Below are positions 38,166-47,508 of a stretch of DNA of 64,000 bases, piece after piece. The translations under genes were made by a program, and so were the position numbers. Source of the stretch: an uncultured Verrucomicrobiota bacterium (GTDB taxonomy: Bacteria; Verrucomicrobiota; Kiritimatiellia; CAIQIC01; Lenti-01); assembly GCA_964647595.1 (NCBI GenBank), contig CAZYGH010000010.1, positions 20,362-84,361 on the forward strand, read 5' to 3'. The notes under the pieces are model-generated. The model had not been told where the DNA came from. It made no database searches and saw only the letters and a program-made list of their open reading frames with translations. Position 1 is the first letter of the stretch. The number at the start of each line of letters is the position of its first letter.

Positions 38166-39182
38166 TCAGGATTTGGAGAATGCCACGAGTTTCTCGAGTT
38201 TGTCGAGGGCGGCGCCGGAGTCGATGGAGGCGGCGGATTGGCGAATGCCGTCGGCCAGGTCGTTGCATCGGTTGGCCGCGAGAAGAGAGGCGGCGGAATT
38301 GATCAGCACAATGTCGCGCTTGGGGCCTTGGATTTTTCCTTCCAAAATGCCGCGCGTGATTTGTGCGTTGTCGGCAGGCATTCCACCTTCCAAATCCGCG
38401 TTGGTACACGTACTTTCAAAATAGAGGGTTGGATCAATGTCGTAGGTTTTTACCACGCCATCCTTGAGTTCCGAGCAGCGCGTCGTGGTGGTCAGCGTGA
38501 TTTCATCCATTCCATCGTGACCGTGCACAACCAAGACGCGACGCGAACCCAGTTTCTTGAGCACCTCCGCGAATGCTTCGGTCAATTCCGGTGCGAAAAC
38601 GCCGATGAGTTGGCACGGCGCTCCCGCCGGATTCGTGAGCGGTCCTAGCAAATTGAACAGCGTACGCACGCCCAGTTGCTTGCGAACGGGGCCAGCAAAA
38701 CGCATCGCCTTGTGGAAGGAAGGGGCGAACATGAACGTGATGCCGATTTCATTGAGGGCTTGCTCCATGATTTCGGGCGCGGCGGCAAGATTGAAACCGA
38801 GGCATTCGAGGCAGTCGGCACTTCCGCTTTTGCCCGAGCTGGCGCGATTGCCATGCTTGGCGACGACCGCCCCGGCACCCGCCGCAACAAACGCGACGGT
38901 GGTCGAAATATTGAACGTCATGCCCCCATCGCCGCCCGTGCCGACGGTGTCGAGCGTGTTGGGCGCGAGCGATTGAATACGCGTAGCCGCCGCGCGCATG
39001 GCGCGAGCCCCGGCCGCGATTTCGTCGATGGTTTCGCCTTTGGCCGCCAATGTGGCGAGGAAGCCGCCGATCTGGCCTTCCGTGAATTCGCCCGACAAAA
39101 TACCGGTGACAGCTTCAAAGGCCTCCGCTTCTGTCAGGTCTTTGCGGGCGATGAGTTTTTTGAGCAAGGCTGGAATGTTCAT
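38166..39182 (-). CDS. trpD: anthranilate phosphoribosyltransferase
   Basis: GTGGDG and FMFAP motifs; full length. Confidence 0.9.
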   Translation of the reverse strand: MNIPALLKKLIARKDLTEAEAFEAVTGILSGEFTEGQIGGFLATLAAKGETIDEIAAGARAMRAAATRIQSLAPNTLDTVGTGGDGGMTFNISTTVAFVAAGAGAVVAKHGNRASSGKSGSADCLECLGFNLAAAPEIMEQALNEIGITFMFAPSFHKAMRFAGPVRKQLGVRTLFNLLGPLTNPAGAPCQLIGVFAPELTEAFAEVLKKLGSRRVLVVHGHDGMDEITLTTTTRCSELKDGVVKTYDIDPTLYFESTCTNADLEGGMPADNAQITRGILEGKIQGPKRDIVLINSAASLLAANRCNDLADGIRQSAASIDSGAALDKLEKLVAFSKS

Positions 39183-39204
39183 GAAGACTCCTTGGAATGA
39201 AGAA

Positions 39205-39375
39205 ATTCACCACAGAGGGCACAGAGATTCACAGAGTAAAAATCTCGGTGGTCCTCTGTGTTCTCTGGGGTGAAAACGGCTGTTCAACAGTTTTCCACAG
39301 TGTGGAAACATTTCTTCCATTGTGTGGAAAAATCGCAAAAAAGTTTTCCATACTGTGGAAAAATATTAAATTATA
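39205..39375. repeat. composite intergenic repeat (second full copy, inverted orientation)
   Basis: See 27296..27470. Lies between trpG and trpD. Confidence 0.7.
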
Positions 39376-39392
39376 GGGCTGACCCCTATTCA

Positions 39393-39986
39393 TTATTCTG
39401 ACTCCTGAATTCTGGATTCTGAATTCTTCAAGAAATTCCGAAGGATGCGTTTGCCGACGGGGGTCATGATGGATTCGGGGTGGAATTGGATGCCTTCGAG
39501 GGCGAATTGTTTGTGGCGGATGCCCATGATTTCGCCGTCCTCCGTGGTGGCGGATACTTCAAGGCACTCAGGCAGGCTTTCGCGTTCGATGGCGAGAGAA
39601 TGGTAGCGCATGGCTTTGAAGGGGCGGCTATCGAGGCCCTTGAAAACGCCTTTGCCATCGCAGGTGATGTCGGACGTTTTGCCGTGCATAAGTTTTTTGG
39701 CGTGGATGACTTTTCCTCCGTAGGCGAGACCCATGGCTTGGTGGCCGAGGCAAACGCCGAGGAGGGGAATTTTTCCGGCGAAGGTGCGGATGACTTCGCA
39801 CGAAACGCCAGCATCTTCGGGCCGTCCGGGGCCGGGAGAAATCACAATGGCGGTGGGGGCAAGTTTCTCGATTTCGGCGATGGAAATGGCGTCGTTGCGG
39901 AATACCTGCACATCGGCGGCCATCTCGCGCAGATATTGCACAAGATTGTAGGTGAAGGAATCGTAGTTATCGATCATCAAAATCAT
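39393..39986 (-). CDS. trpG: anthranilate synthase component II (glutamine amidotransferase)
   Basis: Class-I GATase triad (GVCLGHQ, …HPES). Start at MILMIDNYDSFTYN. Confidence 0.9.
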   Translation of the reverse strand: MILMIDNYDSFTYNLVQYLREMAADVQVFRNDAISIAEIEKLAPTAIVISPGPGRPEDAGVSCEVIRTFAGKIPLLGVCLGHQAMGLAYGGKVIHAKKLMHGKTSDITCDGKGVFKGLDSRPFKAMRYHSLAIERESLPECLEVSATTEDGEIMGIRHKQFALEGIQFHPESIMTPVGKRILRNFLKNSESRIQESE

Positions 39987-40002
39987 GGGATTCTCCGGGA
40001 AG

Positions 40003-40098
40003 GTAGAGTTTCTCTCACAGAGAGGCACAGAGATTCACGGAGAAAACGGAATCGCTTCTCTGTGGGACTCTGTGAACCTCTGTGAGAGGAAGGGCTGT
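40003..40098. repeat. partial copy of the CACAGAG inverted-repeat module
   Basis: ctcacagagaggcacagagattcac...ctctgtgggactctgtgaacctctgtgagagg, between trpE and trpG. Confidence 0.6.
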
Positions 40099-41676
40099 TC
40101 ATGGCTGTTTAGATTCGGCTTGTTGGGCGGTTTGGAGAAGTTCGAGGGCGCGGGACATTGCGGCGGCCTTGTTTTGAGTCTCGCGTAGTTCATATTCAGG
40201 ATCGGAATCGGCGACGATGCCGGCTCCGGCGCGGATGGTGAGCCTTCCGTGTTCGGCCACAGCGGTGCGGATGCAGATGCAAAAATCCATATTGCCGTCG
40301 AAGGAGACATAGCCGACGGCACCGCCGTAGGGTCCGCGCGGCTCGTCTTCGAGGTCGGCAATGATTTCCATGGCGCGAATTTTGGGCGCACCGCTCAACG
40401 TGCCGGCGGGGAAGGAGGATGCAAACAGGTCGAACGCATCATGGCCGGGTTCCAAATCGGCGGTGATGTTGGAGACGAGGTGCATGACGTGGGAGTAGCG
40501 TTCGACAATCATCAGGTCCGTGACTTGCACGGTGCCGGGAAGGGCGACGCGTCCGAGCTCGTTGCGGCCCAGATCGACCAGCATCAGATGTTCGGCGCGT
40601 TCTTTTTCGTCTTGCAGGAGGCTATCGGCGTTTTTGCGATCTTCCTGTTCGGTGTCGCCGCGCGGGCGGGTGCCGGCGATGGGTCGCAGGGTGGCGGTTC
40701 GAGAATCGAGCCGGATCATGGTCTCGGGTGAGGAGCCAATGAGTGTGCAACCCTGCGCCTTCAGGAAAAACAGATAGGGCGAAGGGTTCACATGTCGTTG
40801 GGCGCGGTACAAGCTGACCAAGTCGTCGGGGGCGGGGCCGACAAAACTTTGGGAGATCACGCATTGAATGATGTCGCCCTCAAAAATGTGGTCCTTCACT
40901 TTTTTGACCATTCCCTTGAAATACTCCGGCGGACGCACGGGCAAGGGCTTGCGAATGGGCGTTTTGCCGGTGACCGAGCCCGCCGGAATGGGCTTGGCCA
41001 GCGTATTCAGCAAATCCTGTACGCGGGCGGTGGCCGCCTCAAAGAGCGCATCGGCCTCTCCATCTTCCTTGAAGGCCAGCGCCAGCGCGGTCAGCGTATG
41101 CGTGACATTGTCGAAGATGAGGAGCGTGTCCGGGATGACAAATTCGGCCATGGGGCGTTCGGGCGGGAGCTTGTTGGGAACGCGCGATTCAAAAAAATGA
41201 ATCATTTCGTAAGAAAAATAGCCCACCAAGCCGCCGCAAAAGCGGGGGAGTCCGGGCAGATGAGCCAACGAATACGGTTTCATGATATTGCGCAACACGG
41301 CCAGCGGATCACCCTTGTGGGGGATTCGCTTTTCGTCGATGCCTTGGCGGATGACCACATCGTTGCGATAAACCGTGATCATGGATCGAGCCGAGACGCC
41401 CATGAAACTATAGCGGCCCCAGCGCTCGCCGCCTTCCGCACTTTCGAGCAGAAACAGGTGGGGATGGTGGGGGGCAAAGCGGGCGAGGACGGAGACGGGC
41501 GTCTCGGTATCGGCCAGAATGCGCGCGCCCACAGGCACCACGGTGGCGGTGTGGAGCAAGGATTGAAATTCCTCGCGAGAGGGGAACGTTTCGAGCAACA
41601 TGGGATTTCCTGGGTTCATGAATAATCTTTTGCCGTTGTTTCTGTATATAGAAACATACCTTTTCCTAGTTGTCAA
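40099..41676 (-). CDS. trpE: anthranilate synthase component I
   Basis: Chorismate-binding enzyme motifs (GAVGYVSFDGNMDFCICIRT…). The start may be one of the internal Mets (MNPGNP… or MLLETF…). Confidence 0.9.
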   Translation of the reverse strand: MTTRKRYVSIYRNNGKRLFMNPGNPMLLETFPSREEFQSLLHTATVVPVGARILADTETPVSVLARFAPHHPHLFLLESAEGGERWGRYSFMGVSARSMITVYRNDVVIRQGIDEKRIPHKGDPLAVLRNIMKPYSLAHLPGLPRFCGGLVGYFSYEMIHFFESRVPNKLPPERPMAEFVIPDTLLIFDNVTHTLTALALAFKEDGEADALFEAATARVQDLLNTLAKPIPAGSVTGKTPIRKPLPVRPPEYFKGMVKKVKDHIFEGDIIQCVISQSFVGPAPDDLVSLYRAQRHVNPSPYLFFLKAQGCTLIGSSPETMIRLDSRTATLRPIAGTRPRGDTEQEDRKNADSLLQDEKERAEHLMLVDLGRNELGRVALPGTVQVTDLMIVERYSHVMHLVSNITADLEPGHDAFDLFASSFPAGTLSGAPKIRAMEIIADLEDEPRGPYGGAVGYVSFDGNMDFCICIRTAVAEHGRLTIRAGAGIVADSDPEYELRETQNKAAAMSRALELLQTAQQAESKQP

Positions 41677-43972
41677 GCGGCGGTCACAAAAATTGAATAA
41701 AACAGATCGGTCGTGAAAATATCGAAGGTAAATTCAATGGAATAGAACGGGTTCAATTGACGATGAAGAGACTGAACACGAATGGAGAGCTTGCATGAAG
41801 ATATCTTGATAGAATACGGTCTGAAAGATAATGCAATAACCTGAGCAATACGAAAAGAGAGCGACAGATTGTGAATATGCCATTGACCTTTAAGTATATC
41901 CTCATTGGACTGTTTTGTTTAAGCAACGATTTCAACAGTATTTGCTTCGCACAGAACATCAAGCCCAGCGCGCTACAGTTGGCAGAGGACGCGTATAACA
42001 AAACCGTTGAAAATGCATTAACTGATTTGGATAGACGGTATTGGGAGGCAAATACTGAATGTCAGCAATCTGAAAACGATGTCCTTAAAGAAATCGGTAA
42101 TCTCCGAGAGATTGGCAAACAGGTGGCAAAGGAGACAGATGAGTTGCAACGATCTCAACTGTGTATTGTGTGGGCGGATGCCATGGAAAAAACAACTGCC
42201 AGTGTTGTTCAATATTTAAAGGCGGTTGAATTGTTGTGGGCAACAATCGAAGCAAAGAGCGTTATTGAGCCGATGAAAAACGTTCCTGAAAAAGCCATTT
42301 ATCCGCACACTGAATATGTCCAATGCCCTCAAGAAATCATACAATTTAAAGAAGGATTGTACGAGGAAATGAAGGGCATTTTAAATGAGCGCCGGGTGAG
42401 TGATGAAAGCTGGGCATGGGGACGTATTGAAGATTTCGTGCTAGATTTAACGGCTTTGACGGGAAAGAGAATCGATGTTCACGCGCTAAAACGAGAAATG
42501 CGATTTAGTTTTCAGTGGGACGAAAAACGGCTTCAAGATTCTAATGAACTGAATAATCGAATTCTCGCTATAAAGCGCGAAAAAAACCGAGCAATGAAGG
42601 AAAATGGGATCAGTGAAGATCGATGGTATAAATACAAACTTACTGAACTAGAGCAACGACAGAAAGCACTGGTTAATGGATATTTCGACTCGCAAGCTAT
42701 AATGACCCATCTTTATAATTATTACAATTCAAGTGTTGTGGATAAAGATAATCAAATTTTTGCCGCAAATGTGTCGAAACACAGCGCACTTCGTGTTGAA
42801 TATGAGGCCACCATTAAAACGGTTGCCGAGCGAGTTCTCGCAGCGAAAAAATTGGAGGAAAACACGGAAAGAGAAAAAGGAAATCAATTCGACCCAAAAG
42901 AAAAATCCCAAGTAATTGTAGAAGTGAGTGGGGAACCTCAAGACGGCAATAAAGGATATCCATTATCATCCCCTCGAAAAGGAATCATGGGATCTTCGGA
43001 ATTGCCAAACTACGAAAAGCTACACCCATATTTGATCGTTGATTTGAGTGGAGGGACCGGCGTGAGCAAATTCCCAATTCGCTTTTCGGAAAAAGGACCC
43101 GATTTGAATGACGAGCATTGCAAAACCACAGAACTTTGGATGAGGTATATCCCAAGTGGAACCTTTCTCATGGGTGCTCCTTCGGAAGAAATCGGGCATA
43201 AAAAGCATGACAACGAGCCAGAGCATCCGGTGACGATCACCACGGGTTTCTACGCAGGTATTTTTGAGGTGACTCAAAAGCAGTGGGAGAATGTAATGGG
43301 CGAAAATCCGTCCCGTGCAAAAGGAGATGTGAGGCCAGTTGACAACGTTAGTTATGACATGATTCGAGGGAATGCAGTTGGGAATGGGTGGCCCACTTCT
43401 CGAGCTGTGGATGAAGGGTCTTTCATGGGAGTATTGCGGTTAAAGACGGGTTTGTGTTTAGACCTTCCAACGGAGGCAGAATGGGAGTACGCCTGCCGCG
43501 CAGGTACAACAACGTCATTGAATAGTGGAAAAAATCTGACAAGTGAAGAAGAGTGTCCAAATTTGGCAGAGGTTGGGCGGTATAATGGCAATGAAAAAGA
43601 TGGGAAGGGTGGATTTTCGTCCAAACATACGCGAGTTGGGTCGTATCTTCCCAATGCTTGGGGTTTATATGACATGCACGGGAATATTCAGGAATGGTGT
43701 TTAGATTGGCAAGGGCGGTTATCAGACGTTGCGGTTACGAATCCGATGGGTCCACCAAATGGAGACCTCAGGGTAAGCCGTGGAGGAGGTTGGAGTACGG
43801 GAATAGCACGCGGGTGTCGTTCGGCGACACGATATTGTGGCTATTCTCCACAACATGCAGCTGGAATGACAGGCTTGCGAGTGGCTCTTGTTGTGGGTGC
43901 TTCAAATAGGTGAAGAGTAGTGAGTGGATTTACAATGCTAAGTGCGATTCCGATTCCTAGTTGTCAAGCGGC
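41673..43972. mobile_element. AT-rich genomic island flanked by 20-bp direct repeats TTCCTAGTTGTCAAGCGGCG (41673..41692 and 43953..43972)
   Basis: Exact direct repeats read from the sequence, bracketing a low-GC segment with a single foreign-looking gene, inserted between trpE and thrS. Confidence 0.5.
41871..43913 (+). CDS. secreted protein with an N-terminal coiled-coil-rich region and a C-terminal formylglycine-generating-enzyme (FGE/SUMF1)-family domain
   Basis: Signal peptide; the C-terminal 280 aa carry FGE-sulfatase signatures (RYIPSGTFLMGAP, EAEWEYACRAGTTT, GLYDMHGNIQEWC, RVSRGGGWS, GLRVAL). GC is far below that of the flanks. Confidence 0.7.
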   Translation: MNMPLTFKYILIGLFCLSNDFNSICFAQNIKPSALQLAEDAYNKTVENALTDLDRRYWEANTECQQSENDVLKEIGNLREIGKQVAKETDELQRSQLCIVWADAMEKTTASVVQYLKAVELLWATIEAKSVIEPMKNVPEKAIYPHTEYVQCPQEIIQFKEGLYEEMKGILNERRVSDESWAWGRIEDFVLDLTALTGKRIDVHALKREMRFSFQWDEKRLQDSNELNNRILAIKREKNRAMKENGISEDRWYKYKLTELEQRQKALVNGYFDSQAIMTHLYNYYNSSVVDKDNQIFAANVSKHSALRVEYEATIKTVAERVLAAKKLEENTEREKGNQFDPKEKSQVIVEVSGEPQDGNKGYPLSSPRKGIMGSSELPNYEKLHPYLIVDLSGGTGVSKFPIRFSEKGPDLNDEHCKTTELWMRYIPSGTFLMGAPSEEIGHKKHDNEPEHPVTITTGFYAGIFEVTQKQWENVMGENPSRAKGDVRPVDNVSYDMIRGNAVGNGWPTSRAVDEGSFMGVLRLKTGLCLDLPTEAEWEYACRAGTTTSLNSGKNLTSEEECPNLAEVGRYNGNEKDGKGGFSSKHTRVGSYLPNAWGLYDMHGNIQEWCLDWQGRLSDVAVTNPMGPPNGDLRVSRGGGWSTGIARGCRSATRYCGYSPQHAAGMTGLRVALVVGASNR

Positions 43973-44254
43973 GCTCCCAAAAAGTTTTCCACCGTGTGGA
44001 GGCTCTTGCAAAACGACGTTTCGCAAGAGCAGTAGTCAGGAGCGAGTAGCCAGTCGTCAGCATGAATAGCCACCGAACTTTCTTTACGTAGCTCATGGCC
44101 AAATTCTGACTACTGAATCCTGACTCCTGACTACTCTCTTGCAACAACTCCGTCAGGAGTTTTGCAAGAGGTTCCATTGTGTGGGTGGTGCATTGACTTT
44201 GCGGGGGTGAAAGGGTAGGTTTTTGCGCCTTAGGAAGGATTCCATATAAATTTC

Positions 44255-45991
44255 ATGAAGCCTGATTCTGTTGGTTTGGAGACGATGCGCCATAGTGCGG
44301 CGCATGTGATGGCGGCGGCGGTTCGTCGCTTGTGGCCGGATGCGTTGTTCGACATTGGTCCGGACACGGAGGACGGTTTTTACTACGATTTCGACCTGAA
44401 GCATCGGCTGACGGTGGAAGACTTCCCGGCCATTGAGGCCGAAATGGCCAAGATTGTGGCCGAAAAAGCGCCGTTTGTGCGCGAGGAGAAAACCCGCGCC
44501 GAAGTGATGGAGCTGATGTCCCAGCGGGGACAGAAATACAAGTTGGAGCGCTTGGCGGATATTCCAGAGGGCGAGACGATTAGCTTGTATCATTGCGGCG
44601 ATTTCACGGATTTGTGCCGCGGTCCGCACGTCGCAAATACGGGCGAGGTGAAGGCATTCAAGATTCAGTCGGTGGCGGGTGCGTATTTCCGCGGCGACGA
44701 AAAGAATCAGATGATGCAGCGGTTGTATGGAACGGCGTTTTTGACGCAGGCCGATCTGGATGCGTATTTGAAGATGTTGGAAGAGGCGAAGTTGCGCGAC
44801 CACCGCGTGCTGGGGCGCGATTTGGATTTGTTTAGCATTCAAGAAAGTGTGGGTCCCGGGCTGGTGCATTGGCATCCCAAGGGCGCACGCATTCGCTCGA
44901 TCATCGAAGAATTCTGGCGCAAAGAACATTATCGCGCGGGCTACGAAATGCTGTACACGCCGCACATTGGGCGGGCGGGGCTGTGGGAGACGTCGGGGCA
45001 TCTGGGGTTCTATAGCGAGAACATGTATGCGCCGATGGAAATCGACGAGCAGCGCTATTACATCAAGCCGATGAATTGCCCGTTCCACATTCAGATTTAT
45101 AAGAGCCGCAAGCGGTCGTATCGCGAGTTGTCGCTGCGCTGGGCCGAGCTGGGCACGGTGTACCGCTATGAGCGGGCGGGCGTGTTGCATGGGCTGATGC
45201 GCGTGCGCGGGTTTACGCAGGATGATGCACACATTTATTGCACCGAAGAGCAGGTGGAGAGCGAAGTGCGCGAATGCGTGCGGTTCGCCATTGCCATGTG
45301 GCGTGCATTTGGCTTTGAGGACATTGTGGCGTATTTGGCCACGCGTCCCGAAAAATCCGTGGGCGATCCGGCGCGTTGGGATTTGGCGCAACGGTCGCTC
45401 GAAGCCGCGCTGAAGGCCGAGGGCATTTCCTACGAAATGGACGAGGGCGGCGGCGCGTTCTATGGCCCCAAGATCGATTTGAAGACGCGCGATGCCATTG
45501 GTCGCGAGTGGCAGATGAGCACCGTGCAGTTCGACTTCAATTTGCCCGACCGTTTCGACATGGTCTACACGGGCGCGGACGGTCAGGAGCATCGACCGTA
45601 CATGGTGCATCGTGCGTTGTTGGGCAGTTTGGAGCGTTTCTTTGGCATTCTGATTGAGCAATACGCGGGCGCGTTCCCGTTGTGGCTTGCCCCGGTGCAG
45701 ATCAGTCTGATTCCGGTGACGGACAAGCAGATTGCTGCGGCCAAAGAAATTGCCGCGAAGCTGAAAGAAAAAGATTTCCGTGTGTTGCTGGACGATCGGC
45801 CCGAAAAAATGGGCGCAAAGATCCGCGATGCGCAGATGCAGAAGATTCCCTACATGCTCATTTTGGGCGGACGGGAATTGGAAAACGGAACCGTTTCGGT
45901 CCGCAGCCGGGTGGCTGGGGATCTGGGAGTCATGACCCTGGAGGCCTTCATCGCCAAGGTGGATGCCGAGCGGCAAGTGACGCTGAAATAG
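44255..45991 (+). CDS. thrS: threonine--tRNA ligase (lacks the N-terminal TGS domain)
   Basis: Class II aaRS motifs and editing/catalytic/anticodon-binding domains. HXXXH…C zinc site. Confidence 0.9.
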   Translation: MKPDSVGLETMRHSAAHVMAAAVRRLWPDALFDIGPDTEDGFYYDFDLKHRLTVEDFPAIEAEMAKIVAEKAPFVREEKTRAEVMELMSQRGQKYKLERLADIPEGETISLYHCGDFTDLCRGPHVANTGEVKAFKIQSVAGAYFRGDEKNQMMQRLYGTAFLTQADLDAYLKMLEEAKLRDHRVLGRDLDLFSIQESVGPGLVHWHPKGARIRSIIEEFWRKEHYRAGYEMLYTPHIGRAGLWETSGHLGFYSENMYAPMEIDEQRYYIKPMNCPFHIQIYKSRKRSYRELSLRWAELGTVYRYERAGVLHGLMRVRGFTQDDAHIYCTEEQVESEVRECVRFAIAMWRAFGFEDIVAYLATRPEKSVGDPARWDLAQRSLEAALKAEGISYEMDEGGGAFYGPKIDLKTRDAIGREWQMSTVQFDFNLPDRFDMVYTGADGQEHRPYMVHRALLGSLERFFGILIEQYAGAFPLWLAPVQISLIPVTDKQIAAAKEIAAKLKEKDFRVLLDDRPEKMGAKIRDAQMQKIPYMLILGGRELENGTVSVRSRVAGDLGVMTLEAFIAKVDAERQVTLK

Positions 45992-46115
45992 AAAAGAAAA
46001 ACGGGGCGGCGAAAGACCCCCGGAAAACAAGGAGACAGCCATACAACCACCGACCAACCCTAGGGACCCTCGCGGCGGGGGAAATTTCACCACACGCATC
46101 AATCAGCGCATTCGT

Positions 46116-46637
46116 GTGCCGGAGGTGCGTCTCATCGGGCCTACGGGCGAACAGCTTGGAATTGTGGCGACCTATGACGCGCAGACTCAGGCCCGCAATG
46201 CGGGACTGGATCTGGTGGAGATTTCGCCGACGTCGCGGCCTCCGGTGTGCCGAATCATGGATTACGGCAAATACCGCTACGAGCTCAGCAAGAAGGAAAA
46301 AGTGAGCAAGCGGAATGCGTCGACCACCAAGGTGAAAGAAATTCAGTTGCATCCCAGCGTGGGCGATCACGACTACGAAGTGAAGATGCGGCACATGAAA
46401 GAGTTTTTGGAAGATGGCCACCGGGTAAAAGTGTCGCTGTACTTCCGCGGACGTGAAAACGCCCACAAGGAACTCGGGTTCCAGTTGATGACCCGCGTAC
46501 TGGCCGACCTTCACGAAATCGGCATTGTGGAACAGGCGCCCAAGTTGCTAGGAAAAAATATTTTGATGGTGATTATGCCCAATCCAAAGGCGCGGCAGGC
46601 GGCGAAAACGACCACGGCGCCGACTCCTGAATCATAA
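46116..46637 (+). CDS. infC: translation initiation factor IF-3
   Basis: EVRLIGPTGEQLGIV…DLVEISP… matches IF-3. The track ORF begins at a GTG; the true start is probably a non-canonical codon just upstream (ATT 46110 or ATC 46098), as is typical for infC. Confidence 0.85.
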   Translation: MPEVRLIGPTGEQLGIVATYDAQTQARNAGLDLVEISPTSRPPVCRIMDYGKYRYELSKKEKVSKRNASTTKVKEIQLHPSVGDHDYEVKMRHMKEFLEDGHRVKVSLYFRGRENAHKELGFQLMTRVLADLHEIGIVEQAPKLLGKNILMVIMPNPKARQAAKTTTAPTPES

Positions 46638-46768
46638 AAATCGGAAGAGATGGACGATTCTGCTAGACGGACGGGTACAAATCCCGTACAAGTCGCCGTC
46701 TGTTTTTGAAGAGTTGAAAAGACGGGAGTGGATTTGCGTCCATTCCCAGATGCGAGGACAATCGAATC

Positions 46769-46972
46769 ATGGCTACGAAAGTGAAGAAGAAAACGCGCAA
46801 GGCAGTGTCCAAGCGCTTCAAGAAGTCGGCGAACGGCAAGATTTTGCACAAGAAGCCGGGGCGGCGCCATTTGGCCGCCAGCAAGACGCGGAAGCAAAAA
46901 CGTCGTCTACGCCAAAGTGTGCAGGCCGGCGGAAAATTCGCCAAGTCCCTCTCGATTGAGATGGGCGCCTAA
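46769..46972 (+). CDS. rpmI: 50S ribosomal protein L35
   Basis: Small basic protein MATKVKKKTRKAVSKRFKKSANGKI…. Confidence 0.9.
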   Translation: MATKVKKKTRKAVSKRFKKSANGKILHKKPGRRHLAASKTRKQKRRLRQSVQAGGKFAKSLSIEMGA

Positions 46973-46995
46973 ATCAACGGAAGTAGGAGAGAAAC

Positions 46996-47367
46996 ATGCC
47001 CAGAACAACCAATGCCCCGGCGAGCCGCAAACGCCGCAAACGTCGTCTCGAGCAGGCCAAGGGCTTTTACGGGAGCCGCAGCAAGCTGTTCCGTATTGCC
47101 ACGGAAGCCGTCGATCGCGCGATGGAACTCAGCTATACGCACCGCAAGGCCAAGAAACGCGATTTTCGCGGTTTGTGGATTGTGCGTTTGTCCGCCGCCT
47201 GCAAACTCAATGATATCAGCTATAGCCGTTTCATTGAAGGCACGCTCAAGGCTGGTATCGAGCTGAACCGCAAGATGCTGTCCGAAATTGCGATTCACGA
47301 TCCGGAAGGCTTTGCCTCCATCGCCAAAATCGCAAAGAGCAAGGCTACTCTGCCCGCCGCGAAGTAA
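46996..47367 (+). CDS. rplT: 50S ribosomal protein L20
   Basis: MPRTTNAPASRKRRKRRLEQAKGFYGSRSKLFR…. Confidence 0.9.
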   Translation: MPRTTNAPASRKRRKRRLEQAKGFYGSRSKLFRIATEAVDRAMELSYTHRKAKKRDFRGLWIVRLSAACKLNDISYSRFIEGTLKAGIELNRKMLSEIAIHDPEGFASIAKIAKSKATLPAAK

Positions 47368-47380
47368 TTCAAAGCGACAA

Positions 47381-47420
47381 AACCGAGGCGCGCGAGACGA
47401 AAGTCCCGCGCGCTTTGCTT
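47381..47420 (+). terminator. putative rho-independent terminator after rplT
   Basis: GC-rich imperfect hairpin GGCGCGCGAGAC-GAAA-GTCCCGCGCGC followed by TTTGCTTTGC. Confidence 0.4.
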
Positions 47421-47508
47421 TGCATGAGAGCGGAATAGCCCTGCGATGATTGCAACCAATATTGTTCAGGCGGTTGTCGTGTTCAGGTGGGGATGGTAAA
47501 AGGGGGAT

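Noticed and set aside
41677-41870. Possible trp leader/attenuator upstream of trpE.
   Set aside because: No leader peptide with tandem Trp codons and no convincing terminator/antiterminator pair could be identified by eye. The region is largely occupied by the island direct repeat.
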